Counted from the first letter of the stretch, positions 12,951 through 27,273 are shown. The stretch is DNA of 64,000 nucleotides from Octopus vulgaris (GCA_951406725.2 OX597817.1:12028001-12092000); one strand, 5' to 3'. Numbers and translations are program-made. Notes: generated by a model from the letters alone, not told the origin.

Positions 12951-13185
12951 CTACAAATATTTTATATTTATGGAGACACTCCGTATCCATGGTGTTTGTA
13001 TAAAATGGCTGAGGTGAGCAAGGACGCCAGCTGCATATAAGATAAATAAAGATGAGACTAACATACTGAACACAGTGACGCAAAACATCTTAATTAACGT
13101 GACACTTGTAATGAAGATTAAAAAGCATTTAATTCTGGTTAAGAAAGGCAAGGACTTGAAATTTAAATGAATAAAATTAATTAAA

Positions 13186-13215
<30 letters not shown>

Positions 13216-13217
<2 letters not shown>

Positions 13218-13599
13218 TAGCTTCAAGGTTCATCCAAGACTGGGACCACGGGCCATACGTCCCCTGCCCAATTCAAGATCACAACATACATGTACACTGC
13301 AACATAATTTCTTTTCCTCAACAGGCCCTGCCCTATTTAACATTGTCCCGAGGGAGATCAAAGAGGAAAAGGATCCCATCAACTTTAAACGGAGTCTGGA
13401 TAGATTCCTTCAAAGAATACCAGATAAGCCACCCATAATTGGATACAACTCACCCAACAAGAACTCACTACTTGAACAAAACTTGACTTAAACAAAACTT
13501 GACTGAAACAGGATTCAAATAATCCTATCAGGTGGTGCTATTAAGTTAGACATGGCCTGGACCAATCTTTGGTCGAAACATATCTAAGTTATCTGAGTT
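13216..13599 (+). mobile_element. 5'-truncated 3' end of the CR1-group LINE at 51940-54045
   Basis: Nearly identical to 53631-54030; flanked on both sides by (TA)n. Confidence 0.95.
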
Positions 13600-14019
13600 A
13601 TATATATATATATATATATATACATTTTCAAAGTCACTAAATATTTTTACCTAATTTCCTTAAATGTTTTACTCAATTTCAAAAACAGGTTCGTGATAAA
13701 AAGGAATAGTTACGAATTACAGCGGGTCCCAATTTTAGATCATTCTCTGGGAAGGATATGTTCTCACAACTAGTTTTCGCCCTTTCGCATACTTCGATTA
13801 TCAATTTATTTTTGTGAACTCTTGGTAAGCCATGAGAGTTGCTCGTTTATATTTAAAATTTCTAATATTCAGTTTTTTATCTGATGAAAATTGCGATAAA
13901 ATATAGTCAAGCAGAGAGTTATTTCATAACTTTTAGCAGGATTGTAGTTTCTAGTTTCCTCAAATAAGATACAGTTCTGTAGCCTATTTAGCATAACGTT
14001 CGTGTAACATAACGTTAGT

Positions 14020-14326
14020 GAAGGCTCAGTGGTTAGAGCGTGAGTTCGAATCCCGGACTGGGCTGCGTGTTGTGTTCTTAAGCAAGACACTTTATTTCGC
14101 GTTGCACCAGTTCACTCAGCTGTAGAAATGACTTGCAACGTCACAGGTACCAAGCTGTATCGGCCCCTTTGCCTTTCCCTTGGATAACACTGATGGCGTG
14201 GAGAGGGGAGGCCGGTATACATGGGCAACTCCTGGTCTTCCATAAACATCCTTACCCGGACATGTGCCTGCGAGGGTAACTTTCTATGTGCAATCCCGTG
14301 GTCAGTTATGACCGAAGGGGGTCTCA
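14020..14326 (+). mobile_element. tRNA-derived SINE (family C head/body, alternative RTE-like tail)
   Basis: GGCTCAGTGG and GAGTTCGAATCCC boxes; body shared with 22360/39571 copies; tail shared with 35753-35937. Confidence 0.8.
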
Positions 14327-15279
14327 GCATATATGTGTGGTATTCTGCATACATAACGGAACTTCCCTTATTGGATTGTTTTATTCATTATCAATTATAT
14401 TTTTGTCTTAATTTATACTAGTCAAACATGTCCAGTGTTGCCTAGTAACGATGAATTTTGTTTGTTTACTTCCTGTAGTTCATATTGAAATATTTGAAAT
14501 ATATTTCTAGAATTCTTTAACGGCCACATTTCTACCTCATTTTGGAGTGCTATTCCATTTTACTTCATCGCTTTCTACAGAATTTATCTTTCAGACTTTT
14601 GAAAGTTTGACGGAAATTTCATTTCTTACCGAGTATACCTATTTGTGTAGGTGATAATGTCTCTCATGATAAATTATTTTCAGTTTCTCATAATCAGGTT
14701 CCATCTCATATCCCTATATTTCTGGGTTCGGGTTTTTTAAGAAAAAAGAATATTATTTCTACTAGTAGCAATTTCCTTAAAAAGCAATCTCGCGTTTTTT
14801 TATATGCTGAGTAATCGAAACAAAGAGGAAATTTACGAACGTTCATTAACCTCAAAACCACTGACCTCACCAAGAAAATTACAACTAAAGTAGGAGAACA
14901 ACTAAAAAAACATCTACAACAAAATTTGTCCCTTGACAAAATGAGAAACGAAATGGGATTTATGAAACTGAGAGCATTCGTAAGTGAAGAGAAATATAAA
15001 AGAATTGATGAGGAAATGAAAACTGAAACTTCAAATAAAAACAAAATGGGTATTTCCTAGATCAGGTTTGCAAATTATGGGGAAAGAATGCGAAAACGAA
15101 GAGATGGTATCAATAAAAAGATGCGGGGAAACGATGAGGAACAATTTAAAAAGAAATCACTTCACTTAAAAAACTATTTTTAAAGAAAAGCAACAATGTG
15201 AAAAGCTGTGTTGAATCCGTTAACCGACACAACCCGAAGGCTCCAATTACCAATAAAAGAAACAGAATACTTGACTATA

Positions 15280-15440
15280 GGCGCAGGAGTGGCTGTGTGG
15301 TAAGTAGCTTGCTAACCAACCACATCGTTCCGGGTTCAATCCCACTGCGTGGCATCTTGGGCAAGTGTCTTCTGCTATAGCCCCGGGCCGACCAATGCCT
15401 TGTGAGTGGATTTGGTAGACGGAAACTGAAAGAAGCCTGT

Positions 15441-15487
<47 letters not shown>

Positions 15488-15708
15488 GTATGTGTGTGTT
15501 TGTGTGTCTGTGTTTGTCCCCTAGCATTGCTTGACAACCGATGCTGGTGTGTGTTTACGTCCCCGTCACTTAGCGGTTCGGCAAAAGAGACCGATAGAAT
15601 AAGTACTGGGCTTACAAAAAATAAGTCTCGGGGTCGATTTGCTCGACTAAAGGCGGTGCTCCAGCATGGCCGCAGTCAAATGACTGAAACAAGTAAAAGA
15701 GTAAAAGA
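15280..15708 (+). mobile_element. SINE family A, full length
   Basis: High identity to 11726-12124. Confidence 0.9.
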
Positions 15709-15993
15709 GAGAATAGTTAAATTTTAAAATGGAAATCTTGCCGTGAAAAGCGGTTATGCAAAAACCAGAGCAAACAACTGTATATATATTTTAACGTCCA
15801 TACACATTGATTCATATTTTTTCCTTTCTCATTTCTTACCTTTTTAGTCATTTGATTTATTTGTCTAACTCCTTTCACTCATACTCTTCATCGCTCTATT
15901 CAAACTCAAACACATATATTTATATGTTTGTTTGTGTATGCGCGCGTGTGTGTGTGTGTATGTGCGTAAGTTTGTGTGTGTGTGTGGTATGTA

Positions 15994-17238
15994 TCAGGTC
16001 ATCCCATAAGTTCTGTCTGAATTTTCAATAAAGAAAACAAGTGATCAAACGTTATATTTAATTTAAATTTAATCATCAATGTACTTTCCCTGATTATCTA
16101 TGACTTCCTTCCATCTATTGACAAGCTTTTCAATCCCATCATGTAAAACTCTCTTGGTTTCAAAGCGAAGAACTCTGAAATGTCAGTTTCGACCTCCTCC
16201 TGGCTTGCGAAAGTTACATCCCCCAAATGATTCTGTAAACTACGAAACAAATGGTAGTCTGAAGGAACAAGGTCGGGAGAATAAGGTGGATGAGGAATTT
16301 TTTCCCAACCAGGCTCTTCGATCTTCTGTGATGTGATCTTTGCTGTGCGCGATTACGCATTGTCCTGATGAATCATCACTCCTTTTCGATTCACTAAAGC
16401 GGGTCTTTTTTTTCTTCAAAACTTGGTTCAAACGCTCTAATTGCTGACAGTAGACTTGAGCAGTGATTGTTGCATTAGGTGGTAACAATTCAAAGTAAAT
16501 TACTCTTTTGCAATCCCACCAGACAGAGAGAAGAACCTTTTCCCCATGAAGTTCCCTTCTCGCTTGTGGCTGAGCTTTTTCCCTTTTATAAAGCCACTGT
16601 TTACGACGTTTAACATTTCGATAGAAGATCCATTTTTCGTCACCAGTCACAAGTCTATCCAAAAAGGGTGAAATGTGTTCGCGAGAATGGAGAGAAGAGC
16701 AGATGTCAACTCGGGATTTGCGGTTGCCTTCGGACAATTCATGAGGCACCCATTTTCCAAGTTTAGGAACCTTTCCAAGTTGTTGAAGATGATGATAAAC
16801 AGTTGTATGGTTTGAACTAAGCTTTATTGCCAACTCTTCAACTGATAATGCAGGATTTTCTTCAAGTAATGTCTCAAGGAATTTATCATCAAACTCAACT
16901 GGACGTCCTGTTCGATCTTCATCTTCAAGGCTGAAATCTCCACTTCTGAATTTTGCAAACTATCTTCTGCAAGTTCTTTCATTCAAGCATTCTTTCTCAT
17001 AGACTGAGTGTATGTTTCGAGTCTTTTCGGCTGTGCCTCAAATGCTCTATGGATACTTCCATGTTAGAAAGGGTTTTAATCAAAGAAATTTTAATTCTAT
17101 TATTCTGTAAAATAATATTTAATTAGCTTAAATGTACACAAATGCATAAAATAATTTTTAATTCCATTAGACATTCTAAAATACTATTAAATTTCATTTA
17201 ATTTTATAAAAGATAAAATCGGACAGAACTTATGAGAT
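15994..17238 (-). mobile_element. mariner transposon with pseudogenised transposase (approx. 17062-16069)
   Basis: TIR TCAGGTCATCCCATAAGTTCTGTC after TA, degraded counterpart at 17221-17238; WVPHEL, TGDEKW, VWWD and YSPDL motifs with frameshifts. Confidence 0.95.
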
Positions 17239-18404
17239 ATATACATAGCAAGAACTGATATATCAAATAGTATACAACAAAAATTTTAGATTTTTTAAAA
17301 TCATCTCGCCCTCCAGTGGTGGTATGATAACTGTCAAATGGCAATTATGACTAACTGTACTTCACAAGTGGACATAATCTCAAGGTAGAAAGATTCTCCA
17401 AAACTGACATGCCATGCCATTAGGAGAAGGAACACTTATTTTCTAGATACAAGAGGCCACTTGTGAACACCATTTTCAGGCTCAGCAGCCTCCATCAGCA
17501 CGACAATTATCCGATCTATCACCAGAAGCCAAGAGACTTAGACATATACAAAACGGTCAAGTCGTTTTTTATAAAACATCTTTGCCTAAACGTTATTTTC
17601 AATGCAACGTGTAAGCAATAGTGCAACTCAAGGACTCAAGGAAGTAGTCGAGTTAGAAGGGTATATAGCTACTAAGACAGTGAAATGAGATGATACCAGA
17701 TAAAGGAACATGGTGAGACTAATGACGATGCCTAGGGTTATATCAGTATCAAATATGAAATTAAAGTATTAAAGATATTAAAAATATCAAAATTCAAGGA
17801 ACAAAAATATAGATATTACATCTAAATGCAATACCAGAAACATATACAGTGTGTGATATGCAGTATTTGATATTCATTTCGTTGTACTGCAACACATAGT
17901 AGTTTTATCGCTATCTCAGAAAATACTTTTGTATGAAGTGTTCGTTTGGGAGGGACAATGATGTCACTAAGAATTTATATATACAGTACGTTACCGCTAC
18001 TTGGTGCAGATTTAACAGCTCAGGTACTGCAAATCTGCAACGTCATTTATGTAATACAATGCAAGACAATTTGATATATAATTAATGATAATATAATAAA
18101 TTATCTCAGGTGTCAGATACGATGTTCGTGATGCATAATCTTCGATATTCATCACAAATGCAAAAGGTGAAGTGTAGATGCAATTAGTGAAAGACCATTG
18201 TATTAAAATTCAATACCCATCTTTTCGAAGTATAAGATTCTTGAATTCGAAATTTCCAGAGTTCCCAATACGGAAATTAAATCATGACATTCCAACTTCA
18301 AACATACAATTATTCAAAGGACAGAACAATTATTCAAAGGGAAAAACAATACGGAGGTTCAAAACAGTATGGATGAAGTTGAAAACGAGTGCAAGGAGTT
18401 TTTG

Positions 18405-18746
18405 TCTCTAAGTCAGCCAAATGGTGTTTCAACTCAATTCAGTTTTTATTGGCTCAAAAAGCAAAAGCAAGGCCATGTAGGGGGACATGGAGTTATGTAC
18501 AGGGAGGGTGGTCATACAAAGAGTTCAGGCCATTTCTGGTCAAGAGAGACTTTGAACCGAGCGGTCGTCGGCATCTCTAAATCAGCCAAATGGTATTTCA
18601 ACTCAATTCAATTTTTATTGGCTCAAAAAGCAAAAGCAAGGCCATGTAGGGGGACAGGGAGTTATGTACAGGGAGGGTGGTCATACAAAGAGTTCAGGCC
18701 ATTTCTGGTCAAGAGAGACATTTGAACCGAGCAGTCGTCGGCATCT
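18405..18746. repeat. Tandem duplication, 2 x ~169 bp
   Basis: Units start at 18405 and 18574 and differ at only a few positions. Confidence 0.9.
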
Positions 18747-19084
18747 TCACTATCTCGTATACACATGGAATTGCGTTTCTGGTACAACGAAGGCAACAGA
18801 CAATAGAATATGATAAGATTATATTTTGATGAATAAACACTTTTCGCAGATAATTCGTTTAAACTATTAATTAACGCTTGAAATACGAAAAAAACTTTTG
18901 ACTCAATCTGGTATTTGAGATCAAGTGTCAGGCATAGTTACAGTTCAACTCTATAGTGTTCCACTGAGTTCTCCATAATTACTCGTGCATAATTATGCAA
19001 GCTCGCCCACTTACATTTTCTATTTAGTAAGGAATGTATGTATGCATGCATGTATGTATGTATGTATGTATGTATGTATGTATG

Positions 19085-19134
<50 letters not shown>

Positions 19135-19150
19135 TCATACATGTATGTTC

Positions 19151-19195
<45 letters not shown>

Positions 19196-19408
19196 TTTTA
19201 TTATTATTCCTCTACTTATGAAAACAAGGTCAAAAAGCGGGGTTGGTTCCGTCATAGCAAAGTGAAGGTGCCATGTTCTGATTATCTCATTATTTGATTT
19301 CTCTCCCACCTCCATCCTACACTCTCTACTCAACTACCACCATAGCACCACTGGCACTGATATACGCACCCAACTACCAACACCTCCATCTCGACATACA
19401 CTCTCTTA

Positions 19409-19459
<51 letters not shown>

Positions 19460-20734
19460 CTTTATTTCTCTTTCCACACCACCACCGTCACTGCAGTGTC
19501 CTGTCCCTTTTGCATTCGTCACACGACTGCCACGTATGCAAAAATTAACACGAAAACACTCGACATGAAACTTATTTCATCGCCACCAATACCACCGCCC
19601 CTTCTACCACCATCACTACATACTATTACTACATACTATCAATATCACCACCTGCACTAACCTTTATCAATGACGCTCAACCGGCTTAAATAAAAAGCCA
19701 TACATTTGACAATGACATACAAATAGACGAGAAGACTATGGCTGGAACGCTTTTGATCATAGCTCTGTTCAATGAGACTAAACATCATCTTCAACATCAT
19801 CGACATCACCATAATCATCATCATCTACTAATAAAATAACCTGCAAGAAACTTTACTTCTCATGTCAATAAGGAAGGCGGTTCGAGTTTCTTTGACCTAT
19901 TGGAAATAATTTTCAAATTCCCCTCAAATCACACCCTAATAAAAACGGAAGAACACGTTAGATCAAAGCAATTATAGCTAGCTCCACCCCACCGCGCCTC
20001 ACCCTGCTCTTCCAGCAATCACACACACACGTATGAACAGACACACACACACACACATATGTATGTATATCCACTCACACACACAACCATACGTGCGCAC
20101 AATATATATGCATATATGTGTGGTGGATGAGACGTGTATAAGTGTCTGTGTTCCTGTGTGTGCATGTATGTTATCCATATATAGGTATGTATGTTATCCA
20201 TATATAGGTATGTATGTATGTATGTATGTATGTATGTATGTATGTATGTATAATACCAAAACAGATATAGATAACAGACATGCACAGACAGAAACACAGA
20301 CACTCATACACGTCTCATTCACTAAACATATATAGATAAATCGAGAGCTGTAGCTATACATCTATGCCCTTTACATTCCGTTTAAACTGTTGCAAGCGGA
20401 CATTTGCTGGAAAAACGTGAACATAGGCGAGAGAGGGTTGCAGAGGACCCAACATTCAGAGAAAGAAGAACTAGGCGTAGAACTGAAACTGGAAGGTGAA
20501 CACGTTATGGATGATGAAAGGAGAGATGCGTGAATCAAGAATACATGAATGCAGGTGGTACAAGATCGTGGAGCTCCAAAAGAAACGACAGCCAGATTAG
20601 TATTGATAGAAAAGGTAGAGCGAGAAGAAAGTGTGTCTGCGGAGCAGAAATGGGGTTGTCTGTGAACTGATGAGTTGTCCGGTACAAAAGGGAGTCTTGC
20701 CTAAATGTCCGCAGTCTAATGACTGAAACAAATA

Positions 20735-21992
20735 TTGGGTTGTCCGGAAAGTTCGTGCCGATTTATAGTAGCTTACATTTCGACTTATTTTAGAACATGG
20801 TTGAGTCCATAAAATAGGATTTGACTACACCTCCACTTAGAGCACAGTTTAAGCTATCTTTTCGTAGAAGAACGTTTATGTTCTTAGAACCCGTGTTAAT
20901 TCTGTAACCCTTTGAAATGGAAGATAAAAAAAGTTCATTTTCTCTTTTTCCGTAAAGGAAAAAAATGCTTCATAAGCAACCAAAGAAATATGCACAGTTT
21001 ACGGTGATGTTTCTTTATCCGAAAGAACTGTACGGAAGTGCTTCACAAGGTTCCGAGCTGGAGATTGTAGCCTTATTGATAAAGAGCGATCAGGCAGACC
21101 ATCCACTACAGATGATGACCAAATCAAGTCATTAATTGAGAATAACCTACATTGCACAAGCCGAGAATTGGCAGAAAATCTCAACCCATCAAAATCCGTC
21201 GTTCATGAGCACCTGGTAAAGTTTGGATACACAAATCGCTACGATGTTTGGGTACCACATGAGTTGAGTGAGAAGAACCTTTTGGATCGCATTTCCATCT
21301 GTAATTCACTTTATAAACGCGCCTTTATTAAAACAAATTGTGACTGGTGATGAGAAATGGATTATCTACCGAAATGTTCAGAGAAAGCGATCCTGGAGTA
21401 AGCGACATGAGCCACCCTTAGCCACTCCAAAAGCGGGTCTTAACCCTAAAATAGTCTTACTTTGTGTCTGGTGGGATTGGAAAGGAATTCTGTACTATGA
21501 GCTTCTCCAAAGTAACCAGACAATTAATTCTGGAAATACTGCACACAAGTGAACGAGTTAAAAGCAGCAATTCAAGAGAAACATCCAGAATTGGCCAACA
21601 GGAAGGGTGTTGTTTTCCAACATGATAATGCAAGACCGCATTTCTTTGGGAACCAGACAAAAATTGCTGCAGCTCGGCTGGGATGTGCTACTCCACCCTC
21701 CATATTCACCAGATATTGCTCCTTTGGATTTCCACTTGTTCAGGTCTCCGCAGAATAGTCTTAATAGTAAAAATTTCAATTCCTTGGATGACGTAAAAAG
21801 ATACCTTGATGAATTCTTTGCCATGAAACCACCTCAATTCTGGGAAGAGTTAAAGGAAAGTTAAAGGAAAGATGGAGATGCATTGTGCAATAAAATGGTT
21901 CATACTTGGTTGATTTAAAATGTAATGGCAAATATTTATTGATCTTTTTTTTTTTCTTTTAGAAATCAGCACGAACTTTCCGGACAACCCAA
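20735..21992 (+). mobile_element. mariner transposon, full length, transposase pseudogene (approx. 20917-21925)
   Basis: 30-bp TIRs TTGGGTTGTCCGGAAAGTTCGTGCCGATTT with 1 mismatch; TA TSD at both ends; WVPHEL, TGDEKW, HDNARPH and YSPDIAP motifs across frameshifts. Confidence 0.97.
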
Positions 21993-22052
21993 TACTTCGG
22001 GGTTGACGTAAGCAAAATAGTAAATTTAGAATCTACAGTAGTATTTTAGGGT

Positions 22053-22091
<39 letters not shown>

Positions 22092-22359
22092 TTAGATGTA
22101 TTTATTGCAAGAAACAGTTAAGTTTCCACATGATTGTGGCTACTGAAATAGGTTCCCTCGAGAGAGAGTGCTATAACAAATCTGCACAAGTAAACTCATG
22201 AAAACCAAAATGGGAATTTTGAATGAAGTATCTAATAAAACTAGTTTTTAAACTTCGAATGTCTATAGGGGTCCACCAGAGGAAATTAGTAATTAAAGGG
22301 ATTCATAGATTTTAAAAATGGTTGAGAACCACCGATATAGTTTATATATATATATATAT

Positions 22360-22604
22360 GTTCCTTCTCGAGCCATGCCAGGCTCATAAGGGCCGGTTTC
22401 CCGGTTTCAGTGGCGTAGGAATTCCCCACCTGGACGGGACGCCGGTCCGTCGCAGGATTAATCATTTTTGCCAGCAGAGTGGCCTGGAGCAACGTGAAAT
22501 GAAGTGTTTTGCTCAAGGACACAACGTATAGCCCGGTCCAGGAATCGAAACCAGAACCTTACGATCATGAGTTCAACACCCTAATCACTAAGCCACGCGC
22601 CTCC
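22360..22604 (-). mobile_element. tRNA-derived SINE family C
   Basis: Minus-strand head GGAGGCGCGTGGCTTAGTG..GGTTTCGATTCC; TSD AC(C/T)GATATAGTTT; homologous to 39571 and 39829. Confidence 0.85.
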
Positions 22605-22629
22605 ACACTGATATAGTTTGATAGATATA

Positions 22630-23010
22630 CGATGATGGCAATCCCTCAAGGTCGAGGATGATGGTCTTCGTGCAAATTTACTGGTGAGTCCGTAGGTGAC
22701 CGATAAGACCAATTCTTGCTTGAAAAGATCGGTCGCAGTGCGAACATCTAGTGCCGGAAGGGAGAGTCGCACGTGGTTGTTGTTGGCGCTCCTTCCGTCG
22801 TCGTCTTTTCTCCTCCAGATCTTCTACTCCCAACTCAAAGACGGCAAGCGTACAAAAAGAGGTCAGAAGAAACGCTAAAAGGATTCCCTGAAAATGAACC
22901 TCAAAAAGTGTGACATCGACTTCACTAACTGGGGGGAAACGGCAAAAAAACAGACCACTCTGGAAAACCACCATCCATGAGGGAACGGCGACTTTCGAGT
23001 CGAAAAGGTC
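22630..23010 (-). mobile_element. RTE-clade LINE 3' fragment with internal 5' inversion
   Basis: Minus 22678-22818 encodes LEEKRRRRKE..CSHCDRSFQARIGLIGHLRTH (C2H2 finger); plus 22816-23010 encodes the upstream segment QIFYSQLKDGKRTKRGQKKR..W..A..R..W. Confidence 0.85.
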
Positions 23011-23385
23011 TGCAGATACATCTACATACAGAAACGAGAAACAACAGAAGAGTATATCCCTATCTAGTTCCGCGGTTACTTGTTCGAATTTCATATTTCA
23101 CAGGTATCCATAGGTCATTTGTTCCATTGCTGAGCAGGACAAAGAGCGGCACTTTATCTCAATCAGAAGCGTCTAACAATCGGTCATTAGCCATAGTTAG
23201 ATCATGAGAATACCACCCAGGCTATGGTTATAACTATGGTTATTTGTAACAATGAAGAACAATGTAAGCAACAGCTACAAATACAACAATAAATCAAGTT
23301 CTGTTGAAGCAGAATGGAAGCCGAAACAGTAGGCGAAGATGATAAGGGGCGGACGATAAGCAACAACAACTGGAAAGGCCAAGAT

Positions 23386-23386
<1 letters not shown>

Positions 23387-23434
<48 letters not shown>

Positions 23435-23438
23435 TAAC

Positions 23439-23524
<86 letters not shown>

Positions 23525-23548
23525 TAATAATAACAATAACAATAACAA
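23387..23548. repeat. (AAT)n/(AAC) microsatellite
   Basis: Direct reading. Confidence 0.95.
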
Positions 23549-23792
23549 GCTCGCAATCAAACGAAGACAAAAGTAATAAGTTATCAGGGAAATAACAATT
23601 ATGATAATGCACTTGTTCTAACCTTAGCCGAAAGCTGATAGAGTCATTAAGAAAAGAAAAGAAGAAAAAAAAAAAAGGGAGGAAATTTCTAAAGCAGAAC
23701 TACAGCAATTAAACAGCCAGACAGCGAAAATGAAACAACGATGTGTGTGTGGGGGGGGGGGTGCGTGTCTGTGCGCAAGCGCACGCATGTCT

Positions 23793-23882
<90 letters not shown>

Positions 23883-23907
23883 TATATATATATTATTTAT
23901 ATTATAG

Positions 23908-23938
<31 letters not shown>

Positions 23939-23987
23939 TATATTATAGTATATTATATATATATATATATATATTATTTATATTATA

Positions 23988-24033
<46 letters not shown>

Positions 24034-24043
24034 TATATTATAG

Positions 24044-24080
<37 letters not shown>

Positions 24081-24123
24081 AATATATATATATATATTAT
24101 TTATATTATAGTATATTATATAT

Positions 24124-24158
<35 letters not shown>

Positions 24159-24577
24159 CAGGTGTATATATACATAGACACACACGCACACACACTGACA
24201 TATAGGTATAGGAATATGCATATATGTACACACATAGGTATATATATATATATATATATATACAGAGAGAGAGGGAGGAGAGAGAGAGGGAGGAGAGAGA
24301 GAAAGAGAGAGAGGGTGAATAAGAGAGAGATACATCCAGACACAGATAGATCAACAATAGGAGAAATACAGAGATTAATCGATGGATTGATTGATTGATT
24401 GATCGATCGGTCAATAGATAGGCAAAGAGAATGAGAGTGAGGGAGTATTCGGGAAGAATTCATTCACACACACAGCGAGACATTGCTGCACACAGACACA
24501 CATGCACATGTACATACACACACACCACGCTTTATAATATATATATTCAGTATATACATACAAACATATATATAGAA

Positions 24578-24617
<40 letters not shown>

Positions 24618-24619
<2 letters not shown>

Positions 24620-24735
24620 TTCACCATTCTTCACCAAGTGCCACATATTAGAGGAGGTTCTTCGTAATAACAGTGTAGCACAAAACGGCGGTGCATCAGC
24701 ATGGCCGCAGCTCTGAGCTGAAACTAGAGAAAAAA
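24618..24735 (+). mobile_element. Short LINE 3'-end fragment in a (TA)n tract
   Basis: Ends GGCGGTGCATCAGCATGGCCGCAGCTCTGAGCTGAAAC, like the LINE relic end at 47805-47852. Confidence 0.55.
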
Positions 24736-25142
24736 TATATATATATGTGTGTGTGTGTGTCTGTGTCTGTGTCTGTGTGTCTGTGTGTTTGTGTATATGT
24801 ATGTATGTATGTGCATACATACATACATACGTATATACGTACACCCGTACCTTTTAAAATTTTGCTAAACATTTCTATATGATCACATAAGCTTTTAGAG
24901 ACAAAAGCATAAGGCATATATTCCCATACATGAAACAGTACATGTTTACACACGGTAATGTGTATTTATGTGCGAACCTGTGACGTAGCACGGTTACGTG
25001 CATGTATTTGCTCTGTGATGTGTTATGTTTGTCAGTCTGCGTGCAAAAGTTGTTCGTCCATGCTTGTCTGTTTGTCAATATGTCTGTTTGTCCGAATGAT
25101 GTATGCATACTTACATACATACATATATATACATATATACAT

Positions 25143-25199
<57 letters not shown>

Positions 25200-25200
<1 letters not shown>

Positions 25201-25566
25201 TAGCAGTATCGCCCGGCGTTGCTCGGGTTTGTAAGGGAAATAACTATAAAGCATTTTTAGAGAGTTATAGCCAAAAAATGGAAAAAAAATGATGGTAATT
25301 TTTTTTTTAGTTAAAAAGGTCGAGTTGCGTCCCCTAGACAGTCTGTGGTTTGTGTTTCTGATTCTCGACTCCATGTCGAATTTATCGATTTTTTTCAGAA
25401 CTGGGGGAACTTTTCAAAATTGTCGCTGCGTTAGTTTTGAATTATGACATTGGGCTATGTGTGTGTCAAGTTTCATCAGAATCGGTTGAAAGCCGTGGTC
25501 AGGGTGAGGGTACAACCTGACAGCCACACAGAAACACACACAGACAAACTGCCGTTTATATATAGA
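25200..25566 (-). mobile_element. Non-autonomous Helitron, second subfamily
   Basis: Same 3' hairpin+CTAG and ~110 bp as the other Helitrons but a different 5' two-thirds; begins TCTATATATAAA on the minus strand. Confidence 0.8.
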
Positions 25567-25580
25567 TATATATATATATA

Positions 25581-25811
25581 TATTTCTTTATTACCCACAA
25601 GGGGCTAAACACAGAGGGGACAAACAAGGACGGACAAACGAATTAAGTGGATTACATCGACCCCAGTGCGTAACTGGTACTTAATTTATCGACCTCGAAA
25701 GGATGAAAGGCAAAGTCGACCTCGGCGGAATTTGAACCCAGAATGTAACGGCAGACGAAATACGGCTACGCATTTCGTCCGGCGTGCTAACGTTTCTGCC
25801 AACTCGCCGCC
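25581..25811 (-). mobile_element. tRNA-derived SINE family B (Nin/Deu-domain-like body)
   Basis: Head GGCGGCGAGTTGGCAGAAACG, B-box GGTTCAAATTCC, body GTCGACTTTGCCTTTCATCCTTTCGAGGTCGATAAA. Confidence 0.85.
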
Positions 25812-25836
25812 ATTTATATATATATTTTTTTTTTTT

Positions 25837-25923
<87 letters not shown>

Positions 25924-25945
25924 TATGTAAGAAAAAAAATATATA

Positions 25946-26116
25946 GGCGCAGGGGTGGCTGTGTGGTAAGTAGCTTGCTAACCAACCACATGGTTGCGGG
26001 TTCAGTCCCACTGCGTGGAATCTTGGGCAAGTGTCTTCTGCTATAGCCCCGGGCCGACCAATGCCTTGTGAGTGGATTTGGTAGACGGAAACTGAAAGAA
26101 GCCTGTCGTATATATG

Positions 26117-26149
<33 letters not shown>

Positions 26150-26358
26150 TTGTGTGTCTGTGTTTGTCCTCCTAGCATTGCTTGACAACCGATGCTGGTG
26201 TGTTTACGTCCCCGTCACTTAGCGGTTCGGCAAAAGAGACCAATAGAATAAGTACTGGGTTTACAAAGAATAAGTCCCGGGGTCGATTTGCTCGACTAAA
26301 GGCGGTGCTCCAGCCTGGCCGCAGTCAAATGACTGAAACAAGTAAGAGAGTAAAAGAG
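25946..26358 (+). mobile_element. SINE family A, full length
   Basis: High identity to 11726 and 15280 copies. Confidence 0.9.
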
Positions 26359-26390
<32 letters not shown>

Positions 26391-27042
26391 CACACACACA
26401 CAGACATATGTATGTATTTGTATGCCATTGTATTTGCATATGTTGTGTGCATAATCTGTGACATTGTTTTGCTCGTGTTGTCTGTGTGTGTGTTTGAGCG
26501 ATGAATGCGCATACGTGTGGGCTTTTACTGCGCCTATATCAACCAATGTCTATGTGTGATGCTACGTGTGTCTTGGTATGTGTATTTTGTATGTTCCTGT
26601 GGTGAAGTGCGGTCTGTATATGTGTAGCCGTGCAGAAGTTCCTGCATAAGTTTAAGTCTACGAATTGGGTTTGTGGGGGTAATCTTTCTAACTTTCACTT
26701 CTTCGATGCTCGCTTCCTCTTTCTTTCTCTTCCTCCCTCCCCCGTCTCTCTCTCCCTCCCTCTGCCCCACATACACACACTGCTATTTATCTATCTATCT
26801 ACCTATCTACCTATCTGTCTGTCTGTCTATCTATTGTCTATGTTTCTATATATCGATGTACACGCGCATTCACATTAACAAATGTATTTGTCTGCGAAGA
26901 TGTATGTCTACACTTTTCTATGTACACATAAATTTATGAATAACATATACAGAAATAGATATTTGTGTATGTTAGTATGTGTATCTATCTATCTATCTAC
27001 GTATCTGTATATATGTATACACACACACACACACACACACAC

Positions 27043-27085
<43 letters not shown>

Positions 27086-27232
27086 ATATATATATGTTTA
27101 TATATATGTATATATATGCATATATGTATATACATGTATTTATATGAATATATATATATATGTATATATGTTTATATAGTATATGTGTATATGTGAATAT
27201 GTGTCTGTACATATATATATATATATGTACAG

Positions 27233-27273
<41 letters not shown>

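Noticed and set aside
22030-22335. hAT-like end GGTTGAGAACCAC
   Set aside because: No matching opposite TIR or 8-bp TSD found.
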